DNA of 64,000 nt from Eledone cirrhosa (lineage: Eukaryota): positions 100,440,001 to 100,504,000 of the forward strand of contig OZ024746.1 of the NCBI GenBank assembly GCA_964016885.1, written 5' to 3'. The translations under genes were made by a program, and so were the position numbers. Below the pieces are notes generated by a model that was not told the origin of the DNA, ran no database searches, and saw only the letters and a list, made by a program, of their open reading frames with translations. Shown piece by piece: positions 51,465 to 64,000 of the stretch; the stretch's first letter is position 1, and every line of letters starts with the position of its first letter.

Positions 51465-54400
51465 TCATTATCATCATCGTTTAACGTCTATCTTCCACAC
51501 TAGCATGGGTTTAGACAGGAATTGTCCCACTTGAGACAAGATTGGTTGTCTTGCTCGTATAGGACTGTCTGGCAGGTTTTCTACAGCTGGATGCCCTTCC
51601 TAACACCAATCACGTTTACAGTGTGCGCTGGGAGGTTTTTACCGTGTTACCTACACGGCCACATTACAGCGTGGACTGTGTTTTTTTTTTTTGTCGTGAC
51701 ACCTACACGACCTCATTTATTTAGGACTGGATGTTGTGGTACCAACATAACTTTACAGAGAAAGGGGTGGTGTTGATGGGGGTGAAGCAGATGGAGTAGT
51801 GGGTTGGGGTGTATATTTGATTAAGAGGTGCCTACTGACTGTAGGTTTTGCTTTGTACATAGGCAAGGCGGGTCTTTTGTATTACTGGGTAGCGCCAAAG
51901 ATCTCGGTCCAGTGACATTGTCTTGGAGGTGCAAGTGTGTAAGGTCGAAATTTATCAAATCGTCCCAGGTTTTTCTGGTTCTACCTACTCTGTAACTTCC
52001 ATCAATTTTGATCGCCCTGCACTTTTTTATACAGCTGTCGTCTTTCATGCGCATCACGTGACCATACCAACATAGTCTTCTCTCGAGTAAACAGCATCTG
52101 ATCCCTCTTATTCCTAATTTCTCACTTAGTTCATTTATGCTTTGCCATTCGTGTATATTACTATTACACACCCAACGGAGCATGCATTCCTTTCCAGTCT
52201 GCGCAGGTTCTCTGCACACAATGCCCATGTCTCACTGCCATGTAGCATTGCTGTTCGTATGGAGGCATCATACAATCTGCCTTTAATTTTTAGAGAGAAA
52301 CCTTTTGTGGCCAACAGTGGTATAAGCTCTGAACTTTTTCCATCCCGTTCTGACTGACTACTGTACTTTCAGAGCACCCTCCACCACTGCTGATTTTGTT
52401 ACCCAGGTAACGGAAGGTGTCCACTATTTCTATAGAGCGATCTGGGCAATAGAAGGAGCTAGTATCCTGTGGGCACTTGCTACTTATTGCACCTGAGCAC
52501 CGGCCACATATAAAATCTACGTTATTAGACAGCTTACCTGTGATCCCACTACATCTTTTATGCACCCACACTTTGCATTTCGGACATAAAATGGAATTTC
52601 TGCCTACTCCTTTCCTACACACTGAGCATGACCATTTCCCAGAAGGGACCTGCGCCCTATTTTCCTTTCTACATACTAGAACTTTAGTCTTAGACAAGTT
52701 AACTTTAAGGCCTTTTGATTCTAGGTCATGCTTCCATGTTTGGAATTTCTTTAGTTCATCCATCGATTCAGCTATGAGCGTTAGATCATCTGCATATAGG
52801 AGTTCCCATGGGCAGCCGGTCTTGAACTCCTCTGTTATAGCCTGAAGGGCAATAATAAATAGGAGGGGGCTAAGGACAGAGCCCTGATAAACACCAACTT
52901 TTACGCTAAATTCTTCACCATATACGTTGTTAATTCTAACCTTGCTGACTGTTTCTCTATACATGGCTTGTATAGCTCTCACAAGCCATTCATCAACCCC
53001 TAGTTTTCTAAGGGCCCACCAGATAATGGCACGGGGGCTCTGTCAAATGCTTTCTCCAAGTCAACAAAAGCTAAGTATAGCGGTTTACTTTTAACTAGTT
53101 ACTTCTCCTGTAGTTGTCGTACAAGGAAAAGGGTGTCTGTGGTACTTTTACCTGACACAAACCCAAACTGCATTTCATCTAGATCAATTCGCTCTCTGAT
53201 GAGTTGCGCTTTAACTTTTTCTGTGACCTTCATGACCTGATCAATTAATTTAATGCCTCTATAGTTTCCCCTATCTAGGGCATCTCCTTTACCCTTGTAG
53301 CAGTTAATGATGATGCCAGTCATATGGTATGACCCCATTCTGTATGGCTTGGTTTACTTGGTGACCATAGTGTGTACAACCATTCCAGATGCTTTCAGCA
53401 TTTCAGCAACTATCTCCGAAGGCCCAGCTGCCTTGCCCGTCTTCATATCTTTGATTGCCTTACTTTTCCCATTTATTCTCATTTAGTAGCCTCTTGTAGT
53501 GACACTTCCAAGCTACCTTCTTATCAGCATCAGTGATAGCAAGTACACCATCATCACAGACACACTTCTCCCCGACAATATCATGGTTTTCCTTGACACA
53601 TTGTCTTGCAAACCTGAACACCTCATGTTTTTGGTCCTTGCATTGTAGAACATGCTTGAACTTTCTTTCCTCTGCTTCCCTTCTTGCAAGGTACACTTGC
53701 CTCCTAGCTTCCCTCCTGGCCACTTCATAGTGTTCTCTACTTCCCCCATCCCGCCATACTTTCCAAGCCTGCTTTTTAGCCTTGATTGACTCCTCCACCT
53801 TACTGTTCCACCACCATGTTACTCTCCTCCTGCCTATAGGTCTGCTCCAGCCACAGATTTCATCTGTCACCTTCAGCAGGTTGACTTTCAGGAATTCCCA
53901 CTGTTCCTCTATATTGTACGTCTCTAATTGCTCTTCCTTACTGTCAAAAGCATCAACTAATATGCTTTTAAATTTATTACTGGCTGTGGGGTCCTTCAAC
54001 TTCCATATTCTTCTCCTTAGGGTAGTCCTCCTCTGTTGTCGAGTACATCTCGTCCTGACTATGAGGCTATGTTGGAAGGTGCATTTTTCACGGAGGAGGG
54101 ATATGTGTTTACAACAGTCACCGTCTTGTCTTCTAGTCAGGATATAATCTACCCGACTGGCGTGTTGCCCTGACCTAGTGATCAAGTGATTGTCTCGTTT
54201 TTTGAAGTTTGTGTTACAGATAGTTAGGTTATTAGTGTCACAGAATTCCAGGATTCTGAAGCCTTCCTCATTTCTAGTACCAACCCATAACCTCCATGGA
54301 TTCCGTCATAGCCGTCACAATGTTGTCCAACATGACCATTTAGGTCGCCAGCAATAATTATGTAGTCACTGACGGTTATTTGGGAGGTAGTGAGCATTAG

Positions 54401-54765
54401 CAACTCATAGAACCTGTCCTTTATAACGCCAGGCAGTTCAGATTGGGGTGCATACCCAGATATAATTGTCACAGTAGTTCTATTTAGGACAAGTCTTATT
54501 TTAATTATTCTGTCGTTCACTCTATTTACGTCTAGTACCTGATCAACCCATTTTTCTGCTTACATAATTCCTATCCCACCCAGCCCATTGTCATTTCCCA
54601 CCCAGAAAAGTTTATAGCATCGTTTTTTTACCTACAATGAATCTAGCAGACCCACCCCTCCACCTGGTCTCTTGAATACAGCAAACATCAACTTCCTTAC
54701 GTTCAAGCATCTCTACAACCTCGTTAGAGCGACCTTTTAAAGTGCCTACATTCATGGTACCAACT
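51465..54765 (-). mobile_element. Near full-length degenerate RTE LINE (family B), lacking 5' UTR
   Basis: VGTMNVGTL through YADD RT to 3' UTR and (GAT)n tail; frameshifted. Confidence 0.92.
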
Positions 54766-54844
54766 CTGGTTCTGTTTTCTCGTCTACTTACAAGGACCTT
54801 AGTCTTTGTCATGTTGACTTTGAGGCCCTTTCTCTCTAGTCCCT

Positions 54845-56974
<2,130 letters not shown>

Positions 56975-57244
56975 GTTATATTTAAATTGTTGGGATACAA
57001 CAAGCAAATATTTTTATAACTGATATAAAGCACTCAACAAATTATTGGAGTAAAAATACGATATATTAACAAATGGAAACTATTTATAAAACCATATTTA
57101 TTTCATTATACATATTTCAAGGACACCAAGTCAAATTATGGTGCGCTTTCATGAGATAAAATATAATATAGATCAGTTTTATAAATAAATATTCACATAC
57201 CCTTAAAGATTGCGACCATTTCTGTTGGAAGCTCTCGGATAGTA

Positions 57245-57870
57245 TATACATATATACATACATGGTGGCTGCCAACTCGTTTTCGAGTACGGCCACTACT
57301 TTATATCCATGTAGGAGAACCCCTACCGATGCGCTGAACGAATGTGACTTTAGTCCAGCCAGCGACTTGAAAACTCTGGTACAAAGACTACACTTGTGAC
57401 CATTATTGACACATAGTGCAGGGCCCATGGTACCATGTGATGACAAGTGCAGAGAGATCTCCAGATATAAAGCAATGCCTGTGCTGTGAAGCTTTTATAG
57501 TGAGCAAAGGCACTGCACAAAGCCAGTCCCACTCTCTTAACCAAGATGATATTTACCAAAAAGAAGAACAGGTCAACATCATTGGATACCATCAGGATTG
57601 CAGGTGTTATATCAGAGTTTTCCTTCTCCTAGAATTCTGCCTTGACAAAGGCTAAGGGGTCATCTCTCCCGGTGATTTTGGATGGCTATTGACTCTTAAG
57701 AGCTCCCTTGCCCTTTGACAGGTTTTGTTTTTAGTCCTGCAGGATGTCCAAAGTCACCCTCCTCACCAAGAAACCTTGGTGGGGTTGCCAGTTTAGTCGC
57801 CAACGACCCGACCATGAGACAGGTTGTACTGGGATACATGTTACCAGTAGCACCAACTGGTGACCTGACA
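57245..57870 (-). mobile_element. Internally deleted RTE-like element with C-terminal C2H2-like remnant
   Basis: CSLCTRVFKSLAGLKSH, (TGTA)n tail, flanked by TATACATACAT-type repeats. Confidence 0.5.
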
Positions 57871-58355
57871 TACACATATATACATACATACATACATACA
57901 CATACATATATATATACATACTTATGCATATACATACAAACATACACAGACATCCATACACACTCATAAAAACATACAGACATACATACACACATAAAAA
58001 CATACACATACAATCATTCATCATCATTTCATTTTACGTCCGCTTTTTCCCTGCTTGCAAGGGTGGGACGGGAACTGATTCTGGCTTGATTTCTACAGCT
58101 GGATGCCCTTCCTAACACCAACATCATTTACAGTGAGTGCTGGGTGCTTTTTTGCTGTGATACCTCCACGACCACTTTTCAGTGGAATGATATGGACCCC
58201 AGTCCCTATCATCTCATTTCTACAGCTGAGTAAACTGGAGCAATGTGAAATAAAGTGTCTTGCTCAAGGAAACAAAATCACCCGGTCTAAGAATTGAACT
58301 CACAACCTTTCGATTGCAAGGCCAATGCTCTAACCACTAAGCCATGTGCCTCCAT

Positions 58356-58387
<32 letters not shown>

Positions 58388-58951
58388 CTCTGTGATTGCT
58401 TGCTTGTCTCTAATGTAATACAGCCAAAAGGACGCATAATGGGAAAATACTTTGAAAGGAAGTTGGCCCTGAAATGGCAACGCAAATGGAATAAAACAAG
58501 TTTCGCGTAAATCGGAGCATGGGTTCCCCGAGATATGGGGTTTTCTCGGTACCTTCATAAACAGAGAGAGAGAAAGATAGAGAGGTTATGAGAGAGTAGG
58601 TTGAAAGAGAGACATAGGAGAATGGAAGAGAGAGAGAGCTGGTGGTTGTGTTCTGTATATATATGTGTGTGTGTGTCTATGACCAGAGTATACAGATCAC
58701 AGACACCCACATACATACACACATATATATATATATATATATGAGCCTTCCAGTTTCATTTCACATCATATACATGCCTGTGTATATTTTAATTATTTAA
58801 AAATTATTTTTTTTAAGTGAACATGATGTTTAAAAAATAATTTGAAGTGAATGTAACCCAGTCATGGTTGGTCTATTATATATATAAACCCATAGAGGAA
58901 ATACTTATTATAAGAATAGATTAAAGTTTAAGCAAAGAGTCACTGCTTTCG

Positions 58952-58982
<31 letters not shown>

Positions 58983-58988
58983 AGAGAA

Positions 58989-59035
<47 letters not shown>

Positions 59036-62000
59036 CACATGGCTTAGTGGTTAGAGCATTGGCCTTGCAATCAAAAGGTTGTGAGTTCAATTCTCAGACC
59101 GGGTGATGTGTTGTTTCCTTGAGCAAGACACTTTATTTCACATGGCTCCAGTTTACTCAGCGTAGAAATGAGATGATGGGACTGGGGTCCATATCATTCC
59201 AGTGCAAAGTGGTCGTGGATGTGCCACAGCAAAAAAGCACCCAGCACTCACTGTAAATGAGGTTGGTGTTAGGAAGGGCATCCAGCTGTAGAAATCAAGC
59301 CAGAATCAGTTCCCGTCCCACCCTTGCAAGCAGGGAAAAGCGGACGTAAAATGATGATAATGTATGTATGCATGTAAAAGGTAAACAGAAATAACACAAT
59401 CGGTACAGTTTATGGAAGGAATATATATATAGTTCAATATATATATATATATATAAGGAGACAACAGAGGTACAACAATTCTCATTAGTTTCACACTTTA
59501 TATAGGAAAGGGGAAAGAAAGTTCAATGTGCCGAACTTCAGCCCTTCTTCAGGAGTACAAAATTAGAGACAGGAACCCCAAAAAATATGTGTGTGTGTAT
59601 ATATATATCATCATCATCTTCGTTTAACATCTATCTTCCACACTAGCATGGGTTAGACGGCAGTTGTCCCACTTGAAGCAAGGTTGGTCGGGAGACCGTG
59701 TCTCGCTCATATAGGACTATCTGCCAGGTTTTCTATCGCCCTTCCTAACACCAACCACATTTACAGTATATATTATAGTCCTCGTTGGAGCAAGGTGCGA
59801 CACATGGCCAACCCTGGCTAGACCCCCCCCCCCCCCCCAGCATGGACGACCCATCTAACCTATGCAAGCATGCCAGTGACATATCATGCTTTCCTACCTG
59901 GTAATTTTGATGTGGCAGCCAGTAATATATATTGTGCAAAGGTCTGGTGATACACATCAGTACTGTGGAGCTAGCCCACCATCTGTTTTTCAACATCTTA
60001 TGACATAACATTCATAAATAAACTGACACTTTATCAACACTCCCCACCCTTTCCATTTAATGTGATGAACAAATATTGTTCCTCATATATATCTCACAAG
60101 ATAAACATTCTTGTCTTTAATTCCTACATAACGTACACAGCATAACTAATTATTATTATTACCAAGGCAGTGGATTGGCAGTATCGGTAGAAGGTTGAAC
60201 GCCATGCTTTGCAGCATTGAGTTACGGCCCTTTACGATCTGAGTTCAAATCCTGCCTCGGTTAACTTTGCTTTTCAATCTTAAAGGGTCAATAACCCAGT
60301 CATGCACTGGGGTAATTGTTGGCCTTGTGCCAAAAGTAGAAACAATTATCATTACCATTATTTGGATTCGCAGTATCGGTAGAGCATCAGACACCATGCT
60401 TTGCAGCATAGTTACGGCCCTTTACATTCCGAGTTCAAATCCTGCTGATGTTAGCTTTGCCTTTCAACCATAAGGGGTCAATAAAATAAATCAGCAGTAA
60501 CACACTGGGGTTGATTTGATCGACTTTCCCCTCCCGCCAAAATTGCTGGCCTTGTGCTTATAGTAAATATTATTACTATGATTATTATTATTTAGCATTG
60601 GCAGGTCATCAAAACCTGGGTCTTTGGTCTGGCAACACCATCTGTTAACTGACCTTTAGGACTCATTTTTAGCTGCAATTAAAACATACCTGACAGTGTA
60701 GGGAGGTGTTATGCCAAAATATAAAGCCAACATTCCAGCTGAGAGGTCAGTTATCTTAGCAGGTAATCAGTATGACTAAAGTTACTAAAGTATAGAAATT
60801 AACGATGTCAAGCTTATTGGAAATGTATGTATTCTAAGGAGGACAGGCATGGCTGTGATTAAGTGTAATTACGTGATTCTAGGTTGGATTACAATGCATG
60901 ACGCTTTCTTATTGAATTTTGGGAGATGGAAACCTTGTGAAAGTACATCATGTGTGTAGGTATATATTTGCAATATCCCGACATAAATGACTAAACAGTC
61001 TTCTTCACCCAATTATTCCCGAGAGGGTCGTGGGGGCAGTCCTCAAACACTCCCTCCAACGTGTCCCGTTAGAAGCAACTGTCTCCAACTGGCCTGGCTG
61101 GATCCCCAAGCAAGACCAACCAAGCTCATGGATGTTATCCAACCTTCTTCCTCGAGGTCTACCCCTGGGTCTCCTGTCGGTTGGTTTTGCCCTTAAAATC
61201 TGTCCAGCAATAGTTTTCAGAAACATTGTGACCACATGCCCTTAATATCGGAGCTGTGATCTCTCAATTTGGAGAAGTAGCAGCTCTACCTTGTCTGACC
61301 TCCGAGCTATACACTTTAAATATAGTCAATCACTATAAATAATAGTTGAGAAAATCGAGGAATCAAATTCCACATCTCTTGATTGCTGGGCATGTGTTTA
61401 CCATTATGCTAAGGGGCTTCTAGGCATAAATTGCCATATTTAAAAGATACCTAAAGCTAGAAGTGAGTACATCCAATTGATTGAAACATTTGGAAAAGTT
61501 GAAATGTACTTGTCCGAACATAAATGACTATACCAATAGTGAATCACTATAAATAATTGTTGAGAACAACAGATGAAATACCTTTAGACATACCTTGATT
61601 CCTTGCAGAAACATCTGCAAGGAATCAATGCTAGATAGAAGAATGCATCAAATATATTTATCTATTTCATTATATTCTGTTATAACAAAATCAATTTTGC
61701 ACCCTTTGTGAGGTGGATAAAATAAGAACCAGACATAGTACTAAACATGATATAATCAAGTATAAGCCATTACTCTAGATTTACTATTGTATTTTCGCAA
61801 TAAAGACTTTATCTCACATAATATCAAATCTATGAGATTTTGATATTTATTTTGAGAATGATACCTTAACATAAGTATGAGCAACCAGTTATGGCTGGTT
61901 TGAACAGAAAGAGGTGAGAGAATTCTGGCCGGATATGACCGGTTTAAATGCTAAAGGGTTAAAGGAAGTATCTCTGCATGGCTGTAGTCCAAGGAAGGTT

Positions 62001-62794
62001 TTTGAGAAGGTCCAGGGGGTACTGGGGCCTAAGGGGGTGGTAGAGATAATATAATAGTATATTAAATATCAAATGATACATATTATATATAAATATAGTA
62101 AAATAAAAAATATATTTATTTATACATAGTATATATATTATATTATTTATTATATATAAATTAAAGATTTGTGGAAATAGGGTTGGGGGTGCTGAGGGTA
62201 TTACATGGCCGACACTAACAGAATATATGAGATTCTTTCTTTTCTTCTATTTATAATTAAACTGCTAGTTTACTATAAAGAAAATATACAATATTGCTTA
62301 AAAGAATCAAATACAAAAATCATTCAAAATTAAGCAAAGAAAAAACAAAATTATAGATAAGATTATGAAAGTCTGTGTTTGTTTTAAATATGAGAGTGTC
62401 TTAGAATTTATTGGGTCATATTGTTATGAGTATAGAATATAACTGAGGACTTCATTCAGTTTGAACCAGTCTAGCAGTGCATTTTTTTGCACCAACAAAT
62501 ACACATAGGAAGATTTTAACTAGGACATATTCAGCTCATGAATATGTCAATTATGATTATGTAGTGCTCTGGCATAGTAGTACTCTAATGTTGCTTACAT
62601 ACAGTCAGCTGATCTGGACCATTTGAGAATTAACCCTTTAGCATTTAAACCGGCTCTATCTGGCCAGAATTCTCTCACTTCTTTCTGTTCAAATCGGCTG
62701 CTCATACTGACATTAAGGTATTCTTTTTAAAATAAATAATATCAAAATCTCATATATTCAATATTATGTATATAAATATGTCGCAGTGATAAGA

Positions 62795-63318
62795 CACATT
62801 TCTCAAATGCAGGTGGGTTCTATAGAAGTGATTGATAGCTTCCGGTACCTAGGTGACTAGATTAGCATGGGTGGGGGTGGGGGGTTCCGAGGCCATTGTA
62901 TCTAGAATAAGGATGGGTTGGAAGAAGATTAGGGAGCTGCTTCTCTATTGACAAAGGGTTTCTCCCTGCGTATGAAAGGCCAGTTATGTGATGCCTGTGT
63001 GAGATGCGCGATGCTGCATGGTAGTGAGACATGGGCAGCAACTGCGGAGGATATGCGACGGCTGGAGAGAAATGAAGTAAGCATGCCCCGTTGGATGTGC
63101 AACAACCAAGCATAGATGAGTTGAGAGAGAAACTGTGTTTAAGAGGGATAAGTTGTAGTGCGCGGGAGAGAAGACTGCAATGGTGAGAGCATACCTCAGA
63201 TCGCTGAAGCTCACGCAGGAGATGACTAAGGACCGTGACGAGTGGAGAGATGTTGTGCTGAATAGGACCCGTCCCACCCTTGCAAGCAGGGAAAAGCAGA
63301 CGTATGATGATGATGATA
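62795..63318 (+). mobile_element. RTE LINE (family C) 3' fragment with internal deletions
   Basis: Reverse complement of ~26250-26890; (GAT)n tail. Confidence 0.85.
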
Positions 63319-63360
63319 TATATATATATTAAAATAACAGATTAAAGTTTAAATTAAATA

Positions 63361-63520
63361 AAATAAAATACAGAGGTAAATGAAATTAAATAAATACATA
63401 CATGCATCCATATACGTACAACACACAACTATGGCGAGTGTTTTCGCGTATGCTTGTGTATGTACATATATGGATGCGTGTATGTATTTATTTAATTTCA
63501 TTTACCTCTGTATTTTATTT
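63361..63520. repeat. 60-bp inverted repeat with 40-nt spacer
   Basis: 63361-63420 vs reverse complement of 63461-63520, two mismatches. Confidence 0.93.
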
Positions 63521-63562
63521 ACTTTATTTACTCTGAAGCCGAGAATCATTCGGTTTCCTAGT

Positions 63563-63839
63563 TAGAATTTTAGTCTACGACTTCAGTTATACCATTTACG
63601 TGGTTTTGTCTTTGCGTGCAATTGTTCTCACCGCTCCACATATGACGTATTATCTTCGTTTTTTCCGTTCATTGCCAGAGAACGTCTCCACGAACCATCT
63701 AATAGAATATTAGTCTACAACTTCATTTATACCATAAACGTGGTTTTGTCTTTGCATGTAATTGTTTTCATCGCTCCAAATAATGACGTATTATCTTCGT
63801 TTTTTTCCGTTCTTTGCCAGGGAACGTTTCCACGAACCA
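63563..63839. repeat. Tandem duplication of a ~140-bp CpG-rich unit, possibly regulatory
   Basis: 63563-63697 vs 63703-63839; each has TGACGTA and several CpGs in an otherwise CpG-poor window. Confidence 0.8.
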
Positions 63840-64000
63840 AAGTATCGTCTTCTTATCTTCCTCCGGTTGCAACGTTTTTTGAAATATTTACTTCTGCGTT
63901 CACAGATTGACTTTTAGTTTCAGAAGATCCCGTTAAGGGTGAAAGCAGCGATTCTTTGCTTAAACTTTAATTTGTTATTTCAATAAATATTTGCTCTACG

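Noticed and set aside
58375-58560. Possible Helitron-like 5' ends (also ~12597-12720)
   Set aside because: No matching 3' hairpin-CTRR end identified; support too weak
59521-59556. CTGAAGA motif resembling a second hammerhead (also CTGATGA at ~16889 and ~22900)
   Set aside because: No correctly placed GAAA box or stem III

Overview
AT-rich eukaryotic (animal) genomic DNA. The repeat landscape (RTE LINEs with (GAT)n tails, tRNA-derived CORE-type SINEs, kilobase (AT)n tracts) suggests a cephalopod such as an octopus; this is inference. The only host gene is Cullin-1 on the minus strand. I resolved 13 coding exons by hand (ATG at 38175, 1683 nt = 561 codons, phase-consistent GT-AG junctions), and the gene runs off the left edge before the C-terminal neddylation domain. 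Its first coding intron (32090-38032) is a minor-spliceosome U12-type intron (GTATCCTTT donor, TTCCTTGAC branch point). The introns and upstream region are filled with nested and chimeric RTE LINEs, Tx1/L1- and CR1-like fragments, two SINE families, TTAA-flanked piggyBac-type MITEs, other MITEs, three minisatellites and a 2.1 kb (AT)n tract. The less expected signals are a type-I hammerhead-ribozyme-like motif in an ~80 bp inverted repeat at ~47.9 kb, a tRNA-Ser(GCT) copy fused to an RTE tail, uORFs around the CUL1 start, inverted TE pairs bracketing exons, and apparent substitutions at usually conserved CUL1 residues. There is no evidence of prokaryotic systems or CRISPR.
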